The notes under the pieces were generated by a model. The model did no database searches. It was given only the letters and a program-made list of their open reading frames with translations, and was not told the DNA's origin. Position numbers and translations under genes: made by a program. A stretch of 63,908 nucleotides of DNA, counting the filler, from Octopus bimaculoides (lineage: Eukaryota), in the NCBI RefSeq assembly GCF_001194135.2. It is 4 parts of 4 records of this genome, joined end to end, with 100 filler letters (N's around TTAATTAATTAA, not from the genome) between each part and the next. Parts side by side here need not be neighbours in the genome. Positions count along the whole stretch, not along the records: positions 27,991 to 55,316 come from NC_068998.1; 3 more parts are not named here. The stretch is one strand, 5' to 3'. Within the stretch, counting starts at the first letter, position 1. Every line of letters begins with the position of its first letter. Shown piece by piece: positions 37,633 to 50,689 of this stretch.

Positions 37633-38356
37633 ATGTATATGTATATATACGACAAATACGCTTGACAACTGATGTTTATGTGTTAACGTCCCTGTAACTC
37701 AGAGGTTCGGTAGAATAAGTACCAGGTTTAAGAACAGAAAAATAATAAGTCATAGGATCGATTCGTTTGACTAAAATTCTTCAAGGCAGTGTCCCAGTTT
37801 GGTCGTAGTCCAATGACTGAAACAAGGAAATAATAAAAGCTATATACGTAAGACAGGTTTCTGCGCAGTTTTCGGCTACAAATTTCATTCACGCTATTTT
37901 GGTCAACAAGAAGCTCTCTCCAAAATAGTATTCAACATGAACGATCCACTTTGGCACAAGGCCAGCAATTTCGTGGGGACGGGCAGCTCTTTGCCAAGCG
38001 TGATAATGGTTCTGGCAACTCACCGCCTACGTTCTACAAATATTATTACGAATGAACAGCTTTAGCCACGTAACCATGCATGTGTTACTATTGTTTGGAC
38101 TCCTAGGTTGCCGGCGATGGATGTTTTGCATTAAATAAATTATCTCATAAATAACAAATCGTATGAAAAATTATCCCACGCATGTCAACACAAACCAGCA
38201 TGACGTGATACGTGCTATAGTAACGCAGTATTTGTATCCGCTACACCCAGTAACCAAGCAAATTATTAAAACCTAAAAAATAACATGACTGATGGAAAAA
38301 CAACTTCTTAAAGGAGTGTCTCTTAGGATACTAAATACAAATGCGCGCGTGTGTGT

Positions 38357-38407
<51 letters not shown>

Positions 38408-39051
38408 ATACGTGTATGTGTGGTGTGTGTATCTGTGTCTGCATATTATATNNNNNNNNNNNNNNNNNNNNNNNNNNNNNNNNNNNNNNNNNNNNNNNNN
38501 NNNNNNNNNNNNNNNNNNNNNNNNNNNNNNNNNNNNNNNNNNNNNNNNNNNNNNNNNNNNNNNNNNNNNNNNNNNNNNNNNNNNNNNNNNNNNNNNNNNN
38601 NNNNNNNNNNNNNNNNNNNNNNNNNNNNNNNNNNNNNNNNNNNNNNNNNNNNNNNNNNNNNNNNNNNNNNNNNNNNNNNNNNNNNNNNNNNNNNNNNNNN
38701 NNNNNNNNNNNNNNNNNNNNNNNNNNNNNNNNNNNNNNNNNNNNNNNNNNNNNNNNNNNNNNNNNNNNNNNNNNNNNNNNNNNNNNNNNNNNNNNNNNNN
38801 NNNNNNNNNNNNNNNNNNNNNNNNNNNNNNNNNNNNNNNNNNNNNNNNNNNNNNNNNNNNNNNNNNNNNNNNNNNNNNNNNNNNNNNNNNNNNNNNNNNN
38901 NNNNNNNNNNNNNNNNNNNNNNNNNNNNNNNNNNNNNNNNNNNNNNNNNNNNNNNNNNNNNNNNNNNNNNNNNNNNNNNNNNNNNNNNNNNNNNNNNNNN
39001 NNNNNNNNNNNNNNNNNNNNNNNNNNNNNNNNNNNNNNNNNNNNNNNNNNN

Positions 39052-39322
39052 CCATTCTTCAGCTAAAACACTCTCCAGTTCTTGTAGTGATGATGGTGGA
39101 GGATATCAATTCCTTACTTGTTTTTTCTAAAATGCACCATAAATGTTCAATAATACTGAGATCTGGGGACTGTGGTGGCCAGATAAGATGTTCAACTTCA
39201 CTAGAATGTTCCTCGTGCCATTCAGTAACAACTTTAGCTATGTGAATTGGTGGATTATCATCGTGAAAGATTGTGTTTCCCCTCGGAAATATATTAGGTT
39301 GATGGTCAGCTAAAATGGAAAA
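39052..39322 (-). mobile_element. Tc1 transposase fragment (same family as 45025 and 50690 copies)
   Basis: FHDDNPPIH...WPPQSPDLSIIEHLW (DD34E region). Confidence 0.85.
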
Positions 39323-39335
39323 AAAAAGGGGGTGT

Positions 39336-39362
39336 GACGTTTCGAACATGGCTTTTCGTCGG
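39336..39362 (-). ncRNA. Second CCGACGA hammerhead-like core, degenerate
   Basis: Minus strand CCGACGA-AAAGC-CAT-GTTC-GAAAC-GTC; homologous context to 20456. Confidence 0.35.
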
Positions 39363-39439
39363 AAAGAGGAAATAAGAAAGGTCCAGAGGGAAGGAGAAGA
39401 ATATTACGAGAAAAGTACGTGTCGTTGTATATATGTATG

Positions 39440-39612
39440 TATGTACATTATTTACATTTGACGGATATTTGTCCTCATCTTGTTTGTTCTGGCTGATATA
39501 CCCTCCAGCCATAATCAGGTGTTTTGGGGAAATTTCGAACCTGGGTTCTCATTCCTAAGGTATTTTTCGATGTTGTTTGTTGTTGTTGTTATTATTATTA
39601 TTATTATTATTA

Positions 39613-39651
<39 letters not shown>

Positions 39652-39725
39652 TCACTGCCTGGAATCGAACTCGGAATCTTGGGGTTAGTAGCCCGCGCCC
39701 TTAACCAATATGCCATATGTCCGTG
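39440..39725 (-). mobile_element. tRNA-derived SINE with internal (AAT)n
   Basis: Minus strand GGCATATTGGTTAAGGGCGCGGGCTACTAACCCCAAGATTCCGAGTTCGATTCC head. Confidence 0.6.
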
Positions 39726-39728
39726 GGC

Positions 39729-39759
<31 letters not shown>

Positions 39760-41214
39760 TGTATGTATGTACGTATGTATGTATGTATGTGGTTAGGGTC
39801 TTGCAGACTCGCGCGTTGTATCCTTCACGTTGCTCAGCAATCACGTCGATATCTGACGAGTAGCACACCGTGAACTTGTACAGACAATGTGGATTTGATG
39901 GAGGGAGTGAGCTAATGTACAGCACAAATTATTTGATCATTATAAACAATTCACTCGTTGTAGGTTGTTCAGCAAGAAGATGCAGAACCCTCCCCTGTCG
40001 AAGAGAATCTGGTGTATATGTGTGTGTGTGAGAGATATAATGAGTTGAAAACTTCGATTAACTGGGATTATCCTTGTAAAACGGGCAAGAATCTCCATCT
40101 GAAAGATGTTTTAAATTTGAAAACAACAATCATGGGAGATAACTTCAGTAAGCGCAAACGATTGAAATTCTTAGACAATATAGACAATGTGTGTAGACTG
40201 GAATGGATATGGTCTTCAAAGTCGACGGGTGAAAGAAACGAACGTACATCGATCTTGTTAAATCTCCTCAGCGATGCACATTCTACTTTACATCGCACAC
40301 CTAAATCAGAAACCCTATAATCTTCACTGCTACCATCAACACCGTCCTCATAACCACCACCACCACCAACAACAACAACAATAATAACAACAATAATAAT
40401 AACAACAACAATAATAACAGCAACAGCAACAACAACAACGTCCTTCATGGGGTTAAACAAGTTTCTAATGAAAGGAGTATTTTGATTAATGATGGATAAA
40501 TTAATTACTTTCTTTCAACTGTTCCTTAACTACACAACCGCCTCTGAAAAATAAAAAAAAATCTAAAAAAAAAAAGAAAGATTCCGCACTACTACAACTA
40601 CCACCGCCGTCGCCGCCGTTGTCACGAAACATCATTTTACATTTCTTTGTAACCTGACATTTCTCATTAACCTAGTTACTTTAAGAATTGCATTGTACAA
40701 AAGTACTGGAAGGTGAAAACAGTACCTCTAATAATTAGAGTGTTAGACATGATTTGAGAAAAAAAAATGAAAAGAAACATAGGAGCTATACCAAGGCTCA
40801 CAACACTATACATTGTTGCCCAAAAGTAGCTTTGCTAGGAACAGTCTACGTCTTGCGCAAGACACTATCAATTCAATAGAGTAACTCAAACAGAACAATC
40901 TTCACACACAACACATATCCATATATAACAAACGCCAAATGATCTAAAACAAGACAACTCACGCATCATGATATAATACAAGATTAAGGGCCCAATAAAA
41001 TAACACAACTTATGTTGTACACACAGCACGCACAACAGAAGGCACAGTAATATAACAAGAAACAAGAAACTAAGCCTAATGACAAAGCAAACTGATGCAG
41101 TAAACCAACAGGAACAAGACGAGTCAACACCCCGCTTCAGGAACACGGAGGTGAACCAGGTGGTGCAGTAGAAACTCGGATGAAGCTACGGATGAAAAAA
41201 TGTTCATAATTCTC

Positions 41215-41455
41215 CCTACTATAGGCGCAAAACCTTGAATTTGGCGTGAAGGGACTAATTGATTATACTGATCCCAGTGCTCAAGTGGTACTTTACTTTA
41301 TCGACCCCAAAAGAATAAAAAGCAAAAATCAACCTCGGTGGAACTTGAACATAGAACGGTGGGACACTCAACAACTGGTTCAGGAGCATCCGGTAAAAAC
41401 GTCGGTAAGCATTTTGTGCAGCGCGCTAAAGTTTGTACCAGCTCACCGACTTAAT
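41215..41455 (-). mobile_element. Family-A SINE
   Basis: Reverse complement of the array unit. Confidence 0.7.
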
Positions 41456-41464
41456 GAGCCTGTC

Positions 41465-41527
<63 letters not shown>

Positions 41528-42060
41528 TGCCCTGATGCAGTACCAGGGAGTGGCTCACATGGCTTCTGATCTTAACTGATTGGAAGTGTTATCATGTACA
41601 CTGTTTTGTCTTGGTGTGAAAGATGGGCTACAGCAAATATTCTGCTCAATACCACAGATTTGATTGTCAGTTGTTTGTTCTTAACCAGTTGAGCATGTCC
41701 CTTAGTGGCTGACGATATGTGCATCTCTGATCACGAGCAGGAGTAGTGGGAAAGCATCATAGCCATGTGCTGAGAGGAATTCTTTGGGGTTTGGATAATT
41801 CACCTTTGGAAACATAAGTGTGTCGTTCAAGATTCTGAAACAAGCCTTATTCAGAGACCTTTTGAGCAGGATAGGCTACTCAACCTGAAGAAAATTCTAA
41901 TTGGACCCCACCTGCAAGGTCATGCATTGTTTATCTTGATATGAGATCACCATGTCGGGCACATATGGTTGTGATGCATGTACTTTGTATATCCTTATCA
42001 AACGGGTAGTCATGATGGGTATACAGTGTCACTTTGATGGTATGCGCTGATCTCTCACTC
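41528..42060 (+). mobile_element. ~530-bp repeat embedded in (AAT)n
   Basis: Homologous to 17187-17712; (AAT)n on both sides. Confidence 0.85.
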
Positions 42061-42154
42061 AATAATAATAATAATTATTATTATTATTATTATTACTATT
42101 ATCATAATAGTTGTTTCAAATTTTTGCCACAAGGGCAGCGTGGAGGAGGTGGGG

Positions 42155-42217
<63 letters not shown>

Positions 42218-42229
42218 GTTCAAATTTTT

Positions 42230-42425
42230 GCCACAAGGGTAGCATGGGGGAGGTGGGGTGAGTCGGTTACACCGACCCAGTGTTCAACTGGTACTTAATT
42301 TATCGACCCCCCGAAAGGATGAAAGGCAAAGTCGAACTCGGCGGAATTTGAACTCAGAACATAAAGACAGACGAAATACCGCTAAGCATTTCGCTGAGCG
42401 TGCTAACGATTCTCCTAGCTCACCG
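42230..42425 (-). mobile_element. Family-A SINE, well preserved
   Basis: GGCGGAATTTGAACTCAGAAC...GCTAACGATTCTCCTAGCTCACCGC. Confidence 0.8.
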
Positions 42426-42921
42426 CTTTCATAATGATAATAATAATGAAGGCGGTGTGCATTTTCCTTCTTTTATTATATAATTTTTCACTATATATAT
42501 ATATATAAAAGAAAAGAAATGGAGCAATAATTAACAATGAGATGTTGATCATTGCTTTTAAAAAGTCATTATTTAATTGTAGTTCGGAACCATTTACAGC
42601 TGTTTCTGTTTATCAAATTGGAATAAATTTACATTTACTTCGTTACATTTAACAAATAATTTTAGAGGGAAATGAAAGGAAAAGAAAAAGAAAAAGGGAA
42701 AAAAGTTCGTTAAGTCTTTAGGCTTACGTCTTAGTGATTTGTTGGATTCTACGTGTTTGTAGTTTCCTCTATTAGATGCATGACAACTGATTGTACAGCA
42801 TCTCACCTGTAAGTGATATGGGTGCATGATGGGTCGAAACAATCGTAGTGGTCCTGAATAAAGAGTCTCGTAAATTCCATTTTTTGTCTCTCATCTTTTT
42901 ATACTTGTGTGTGTATAGAAA

Positions 42922-43046
42922 TGGCTCTGACCAAAGTAGCGTCAATTTTCTTTGGTCGTTCAATGTACCTCAATTGACCAATAGACCAATTGAGTAAACC
43001 TATCAATAATGTACCTATAATGACTACTGGAAACAGCTGTAAGCCA
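42922..43046 (+). ncRNA. Degenerate type I hammerhead with ~95-nt helix II domain
   Basis: TGGCT-CTGACCA-...AGTAG/CTACT...-GAAA-CAGCTGT-A-AGCCA; helix I TGGCT/AGCCA is perfect; core G8 is changed to C. Confidence 0.6.
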
Positions 43047-45024
43047 AATTTGCTTTAATAAAGGAGTTATATATAATGACCATTATTTTTAACTTGTTTC
43101 TTTTATACATATATATTTTTTTGTGTGTGTGTTTGCTACGTGTGTCTGTGCGTCATTGTATTTGTGTTTGTCCCTTCCCCACAACTTGACAACCTGTGTT
43201 AGTTTGTTTTTTTCCCTGTTACTTAGCAGTTCGAGAAAGAGGCTGCTGTAAAAGTACCTTAACTAGAAACTCTTCGAAGTGGTGCCCCAGCACCGCCGCA
43301 ACCCAGTGACTGAAGCAAGTAAAAAATAGATATGCTTCGGATTATATTATCTAATATCTCTACCTTTTTAGACGATAGCGGAGGTGGATTGTTTGAAACA
43401 AATTTGATTACCATTTTTTAGCAAGTCATGTGACCCCTGGGTCGAGTGTAAAGCCCTCTCCACCCCATCATCCCATAACAACTAACTCCCTCCTGTTTTC
43501 TTTTGTTTTTTCATGCATCGTATACTCCAGATGATAGTATCCAATATGGACACGCGTTTCAAATGATAGCGGGGTGTATGTGTGCGTATGTGTGGTTTGT
43601 AGTAAATCCGGTTACAATTCAGTAGCAAGTCGAGTGTTGGCGGAGTTTCGTCGAGTAAATAACCATAAGTAAAAGATAAGTGCTGAATAATCTTCATAAA
43701 TTAACGGTATTGTATAAGATTCTGCGCTTTTATGAATCAGCGGAAGACGAGGAGATGATGGTAATGACAGTGAATTTTATAACATTCTTGTCCGTACTAC
43801 ATAACGTCTCTGTTCACAATGAAATAAATTTAACAATAATGTGACCGTCATAAACGTGTCTGTTACTCTCAACGCCACTTGTCACATTTTTTCGGTTTGA
43901 ATCAGGGTGTGGGTGTTATTTTATATACTAATTCCTATTGTTATTATTTTCATTTACATCATCATTGTCATTCCATTATATCATGCGGTTCTCACGTCGT
44001 TAGGTAACGTATGAGGACTCTGCAAATTTCTTGCTGAACAACCACACGGATGGTTTGTTTATTGTGATCAAACGTTTGTGTTAACATAGGCTCCCTCCCT
44101 CCATCAACTCGACATTACCTGTACAGGTGCAGGATGTACCACATGTCACATGACAAAATGATCACAGAGCAACGTGAAATGAAGTGTTTTGCTCAAGAAC
44201 ACAACGCAGCGCCCGGTCTCGCAATCCTGAGCGCAACAACCAAATCACTAAGCCATTCACCTTCACATTCCATNNNNNNNNNNNNNNNNNNNNNNNNNNN
44301 NNNNNNNNNNNNNNNNNNNNNNNNNNNNNNNNNNNNNNNNNNNNNNNNNNNNNNNNNNNNNNNNNNNNNNNNNNNNNNNNNNNNNNNNNNNNNNNNNNNN
44401 NNNNNNNNNNNNNNNNNNNNNNNNNNNNNNNNNNNNNNNNNNNNNNNNNNNNNNNNNNNNNNNNNNNNNNNNNNNNNNNNNNNNNNNNNNNNNNNNNNNN
44501 NNNNNNNNNNNNNNNNNNNNNNNNNNNNNNNNNNNNNNNNNNNNNNNNNNNNNNNNNNNNNNNNNNNNNNNNNNNNNNNNNNNNNNNNNNNNNNNNNNNN
44601 NNNNNNNNNNNNNNNNNNNNNNNNNNNNNNNNNNNNNNNNNNNNNNNNNNNNNNNNNNNNNNNNNNNNNNNNNNNNNNNNNNNNNNNNNNNNNNNNNNNN
44701 NNNNNNNNNNNNNNNNNNNNNNNNNNNNNNNNNNNNNNNNNNNNNNNNNNNNNNNNNNNNNNNNNNNNNNNNNNNNNNNNNNNNNNNNNNNNNNNNNNNN
44801 NNNNNNNNNNNNNNNNNNNNNNNNNNNNNNNNNNNNNNNNNNNNNNNNNNNNNNNNNNNNNNNNNNNNNNNNNNNNNNNNNNNNNNNNNNNNNNNNNNNN
44901 NNNNNNNNNNNNNNNNNNNNNNNNNNNNNNNNNNNNNNNNNNNNNNNNNNNNNNNNNNNNNNNNNNNNNNNNNNNNNNNNNNNNNNNNNNNNNNNNNNNN
45001 NNNNNNNNNNNNNNNNNNNNNNNN

Positions 45025-45548
45025 GAGGAGGATCTGTGATGATCTGGGGGCTATATCTTGGAAATCCACCAGCCCAATGGTTTCCCTTCATAGAAGAATT
45101 AATAGTCAAGACTATTTAAGCATTTTATCTGAACAAATTCATCCTATGGTTGTGGAACTGTTTCCGGAGGGAAACACAATCTTTTACGATGATAATCTAC
45201 CAATTCACACAGCTAAATTTGTTACTGAATGGCACGAGCAACATTCTAGTGAAACTGAACATCTTATCTGGCCACCACAGTCCCCAGATCTCAATATTAT
45301 TGAACATTTATGGTGTATTTTAGAAAAACAAGTAAGGTGTTGATATCCTCCACCATCATCACTACAAGAACTGGAGAGTGTTTTAGCTGAAGAATGGACA
45401 AAAATTCCTTTGGAAACAATTCAAATCTTGTATGAGTCCATACCTTGTAGAATTCAAGCTGTAATTACTGATAAAGGCTGTCCTACCCGATATTAAAATA
45501 AATTTGTTTGAAATTTTAAGGTGTTTCTATTATTTTATCCAACCCCTG
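45025..45548 (+). mobile_element. Tc1 3' half with right TIR
   Basis: GGSVMIWG...DDNLPIH...WPPQSPDLNIIEHLW; ends TTATTTTATCCAACCCCTG|TA. Confidence 0.9.
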
Positions 45549-45552
45549 TATA

Positions 45553-46474
45553 TTGGGTCATCCTATAAATAATGCGGTTTTTTCAATTGCACTAAACTAC
45601 CTGCATCAATTTGCTATAAAAGCAGGTAGTAATTTTACTTTGTTCTTATTCTTAGTGCAAGTTTTGAAGGGTGTAGTTCGATTTTAACAGTTATTTTTTC
45701 AAAGCTATAATAGAAGTGACAAAGGAGTATATTCGGAATATTTTGCTTTATGAGTTCAATAAAGGCAACAATGCAATGGAAAATGCGAGGAATATTAAAG
45801 CAGTATATGGGGATCAAGCAATAAGCGCAATCTAGTGTCAACGGTGGTTCCAGAAATTCCAAGCCGGAAACTACAGCCTAGGAGACGAGCCTCGTCCTGG
45901 AAGATCTATAGAGATCGACGAGGACGTCTTGCAAACCCTGGTGGAACAAAATCCCATCGTATCTGTTGAGGAACTAGAACTAGCAGAGAAACTTGGATTT
46001 GGTCATCCACACCTGCGTGCCATCGGAAAAGCCAACAAATTGGGTCAATGGGTTCCTCACAAACTTTCTGAATCTAATCTCGCGCAGAGAGTGAATTTTT
46101 GCTCTTCTTTACTATCATGTCTCACGATTGAACCTTTTTTAGGACCGAATAATGACTGGTGACGAGAAATGGGTTCTCTATAAAAATATCAAGCGCCGAA
46201 AACAGTGGTTAGAGAAAGGAGAATCACCGGCACCCCAGGCTAAAGAAGGTCTTCACCCACGTAAGGTGCTGTTATCTGTTTGGTAGGATATGAAAGGTTT
46301 AGTCCACTTTAAACTTTTAAGCCCAAACCAAACGATAACAAAGGAGATCTGCTGCGAGCAGCTTGAGTGGCTTAAGTCAACGCTTGAAGAAAAACGATCA
46401 TCTTTGGTTTCAAGATGACTGTCAGCGAAGATGCCATTCCAAAGGCTAGAGTAGTTTGAATGGGAAACGATGTC
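45553..46474 (+). mobile_element. mariner transposon 5' portion, decayed, running into a gap
   Basis: TA|TTGGGTCATCC TIR; HTH region (QRWFQKF, DEPRPGR), WVPHKL, TGDEKWVLY, GLHPRKVLLSV. Confidence 0.9.
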
Positions 46475-47363
46475 NNNNNNNNNNNNNNNNNNNNNNNNNN
46501 NNNNNNNNNNNNNNNNNNNNNNNNNNNNNNNNNNNNNNNNNNNNNNNNNNNNNNNNNNNNNNNNNNNNNNNNNNNNNNNNNNNNNNNNNNNNNNNNNNNN
46601 NNNNNNNNNNNNNNNNNNNNNNNNNNNNNNNNNNNNNNNNNNNNNNNNNNNNNNNNNNNNNNNNNNNNNNNNNNNNNNNNNNNNNNNNNNNNNNNNNNNN
46701 NNNNNNNNNNNNNNNNNNNNNNNNNNNNNNNNNNNNNNNNNNNNNNNNNNNNNNNNNNNNNNNNNNNNNNNNNNNNNNNNNNNNNNNNNNNNNNNNNNNN
46801 NNNNNNNNNNNNNNNNNNNNNNNNNNNNNNNNNNNNNNNNNNNNNNNNNNNNNNNNNNNNNNNNNNNNNNNNNNNNNNNNNNNNNNNNNNNNNNNNNNNN
46901 NNNNNNNNNNNNNNNNNNNNNNNNNNNNNNNNNNNNNNNNNNNNNNNNNNNNNNNNNNNNNNNNNNNNNNNNNNNNNNNNNNNNNNNNNNNNNNNNNNNN
47001 NNNNNNNNNNNNNNNNNNNNNNNNNNNNNNNNNNNNNNNNNNNNNNNNNNNNNNNNNNNNNNNNNNNNNNNNNNNAAAACGTGTTGCTTGTTGAACTTTA
47101 TTTAAAAACAAGAATTCGAAATAATTACGAGTTCAACGTGTGAGAAAATTAACTGGCAGAGTAGTTATTTAAATGTTGTGGTCTTTAGTTATTTTCGTTT
47201 ATGTGTTAATGAATTGTCAAGCAACATTTGAAGCCGCAATCCACAAGGTTGGGAGTATAATGTGATTTGGTGGACTTCTTTTTTGAGTCAGAAACCCAGA
47301 ATGAATAAACAAACAGAATAATGCGAGTACAGATGATAGACCAGACAGTTAGCATCTTCATGG

Positions 47364-47736
47364 TTGGCATTCCGTCGGTTACGACGACGAGGGTTCCAGT
47401 TGATCCGATCAACGGAACAGCCTGCTCGTGAAATTAACGTGCAAGTGGCTGAGCATTCCAGAGACACGTGTACCCTTAACGTGGTTCTCGAGGAGATTCA
47501 GCATGACACAGAGTGTGACCCTTTGAATTACAGGCACAACAGAAACAGGAAGAAAGTGTGAGAGAAAGTTGTGGTGAAAGAGTACAGCAGGGTTCGCCAC
47601 CATCCCCTGCCGGAGCCTCGTGGAGCTTTAGGTGCTTTCGCCCAATAAACACTCACAACGCCTGGTCTGGGAATCGAAATCGCGATCCTATGACCGCGAG
47701 TCTGCTGCCCTAACCACTGGGCCACTGCGCCTCCAC
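47364..47736 (-). mobile_element. Family-B SINE, near full length
   Basis: Highly similar to 63526-63904. Confidence 0.9.
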
Positions 47737-50689
47737 AGCATCTTCAGAACAGAACCAGAAAAGAAGGAATAATGCCTAGGTTCTCGTTGCTATCGCTGCT
47801 GCTCTTCTTCTTTCTTCCTCCTTCTTCTTTTGCTGCTATTTAACTCTGCTGTCAACTCCGATTTAGTAATTTTACGATGAAAGGCATCCTAGCCGTGACC
47901 ATCTCATAGTTTTAGAGACATCTGAGATTACATTATTCAATGTGTCCTTAATTTGTTTTGCGATTCAAGAGAGACACAGTGAGTCGGAGAGAGTGACTGA
48001 GAGATGGAGAGAGAGACAGAGAGATGGAGAGAGACAGACAGACAGACAGAGAGGGAGAGAGAGAGGGAGAGAGGAGAAAGAGAGAGAGAGATTTGGCTGC
48101 TATTTCTAGCTGGTCTAGATCCGTATAATAGCTTCTTTGTTTTGGCTCATTGTCCAACGGCCCAAACGTGTTGCGACAAGCAGTAACTGGGTGTTAAATT
48201 GATTTTCTCAGAGAAGAGAACTTAGGAATCATCTTGGTATATAAACAATGAACACGTGCTAACGAGGAAGCCTCTAAATGGCTCCATAGAATTTACAACT
48301 TCGTGGGTATTCAAGCAATATATTCGCAGATAGTAAATGGGTTGGATGTGGTGTTGAAGAAGGTGCAATAATTTCTGAAAATAGCACAAAACTAGGACAC
48401 AGCATTGACTTATGAGCCTTTGATATAATTGGTTGTATATTATGGTTACAAAACGAAATACAGTGTCCTAACCAGCAATTAATATGTACGCACCAGTTTC
48501 CAGGAATGTGGTTAATATGTAAATTTGTCTATCCAATAGAATTATACCGCTGAATTTAGTGGATATTTCAGCAATGTATTCGTGGATAGTTAATGGGTTG
48601 GATGTGGTTCTGAAGAAGAGGCAATGACTCCTGAAATATTCATATACATCAATTACCTATTTTTCTATCCTCGATCGCATTGTTTACATAGACTATTCAC
48701 GTATGAAACGTCATAACTTTCAGTGGTGACTCTAAATTTTATAGAAAATCTGTGGAGATAAATTTAAATATGTGCGTTTGTGTTTGTCCCCACCAGCGCT
48801 GAATCTATCTGTTGGCGTGTTTACGTACTCGTAACGTAACGGTTCGGCAAAAGAGTCCAAGTCAATAAGTGCTGGGCTTAAAAACTGATAAGTACTGAGG
48901 TCGATTCGATCCACTAATGACTGAAACAAATAAAATATAAAACAAGAAATGTACTGGCACTATTATGTTATGATGAAGATGGTAAACAGTAGCATCAGGC
49001 ATCTGAAGCAAGCATGTTTAACGGGGTATCTGTCACCAGACCCAGTATTATACTTGTTCATTGCTACACCTATACACTCAGCCATCATTTCTATTCAGGA
49101 TGTCTCATCTCACTGTTGGTATTCTCGTAATTCCATCAGTGGCAAAGAACACTAAATTTAAACGACACGGACATTGGCCAGCTTGATTTGGGCCAGTATT
49201 TTATTATGAAGCAAGTTATGTTTATTTTAATGACGATGACATCCACTTCAATGTTTGGTCACTGGTGACTTCTTCAAACTCTAAAACAAAGATAACACTG
49301 TGTAACACGACTTTTGCCTTTGGGTAGCAACTGTTATTTCCTATTTGCTTACTTCTAGAAAGTATAAAAAATAGCTAATGTTTCCTTCAAATTTTGCTTA
49401 TATTGCATTTATTCAAACCCCAAAGAATCTCTCTCAGCATATGGTTATGATGCTCCCCACTACTTCTGCTCATCATCAGAAATGCACATATCGTCAGCTA
49501 CTAAGGGACATGCTCAAGTAGTCAAGTGCAAGCAACTGGCAAGTAAATCTGTGGTATTGAGCAGGATATTTACTATAACGATATTTCTGCTTCAGCAACT
49601 CAGCGCTGAATCTATCTGAAATGTAATGGAAAAGAGGTCAGTTTTAAAACATTGATGACCCAGTCACAAAATAAAGTTTGATAGGAGTAGTCGTCGTTTC
49701 TTTTGATTTCTAGACAGAAGCAAATAGGAAATAACACTTCCTGACTAAAGACCAAAATAAAAATGTTCTTGTATAATGTAATATAAGTACCGCTCAAGGC
49801 TATCAAGGGAAGGGTGGAACGGAAATTGATAAGATGGAAAGGACTGTTCGACATGGTAGTTAAGCGCATAACATACGTCAATTTCATCAGATGGAAAATG
49901 AGTTAGGAGTGTTCGTTTTTAATCCTATAATACACAATGGAATGAACCTGTAGATTGTAGCCAACACTTTGTAAGTAAATTGAAACTAGATTAGATTGGG
50001 CAGGTATTTGTAGCTACCAATGCATTTAGTAAGTTTAATTAACACTCCTAGAGTAGGATGCAATTAATAGGTTTAATCTGTTGTACATTATATGCTCAGA
50101 ACCGAATATTGCAAATGAATGCGTAGTACTTGCACATGTATGTATATAGAGGTACTTGTTATCTGTGTGGTGGGCGCGCGCGTGTGAGTGTAACTATACA
50201 GTTAAAGGGATGAAGGAATATGTATGTATGCATGTATGTAAGTATATACACACGTCAATTAAAGAATGACAAAAATAGCATTTACGTAATCAGCTTTATT
50301 AGCTTACAGCTGTATGTATATACATATATGTATATGTGTACGTGCGTGTGTGTTTATATACATGTGTATATGTGTGTCTATATATGTGTATAGACGCACA
50401 CATACGACGGGGTGCTGAAAAGTTCCTGGCTTTAAGAGTATCGCGAAAGGCTTGGTTGGGTCCCAACCTACCGAGTTCTTTTACAAGGTTTAAAAAATAT
50501 ATTTCTCTATCTAGAGAAATGATAGAGAAATATTTAGATGAACTTTTATTTAAAAAAATAAAAATCCAAATATCACGACAAATTTGTTTCGTAACTCAAA
50601 AACATATTATCAATTTATATTATCATATTTTATAATAAATAAATTACTTACATTTCTGCATTATTACAAAAGGCAAAAATTCGTTCAGA

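Noticed and set aside
40012-40320. 102-aa ORF (…MGDNFSKRKRLKF…)
   Set aside because: No recognisable domain; begins in a (TG)n tract; not supportable as a gene.
42595-42847. Hammerhead 3' half-motifs: GAAACAGCTGTA (- strand, 42595-42606) and GAAACAATCGTA (+, 42836-42847); partial at 50305-50314
   Set aside because: No CUGAnGA core or matching helix I strand found; remnants at most.
47640-47736. tRNA-like heads (also 24950, 39650-39725, 51610, 63810) as tRNA genes
   Set aside because: They continue into SINE bodies and lack a complete cloverleaf.
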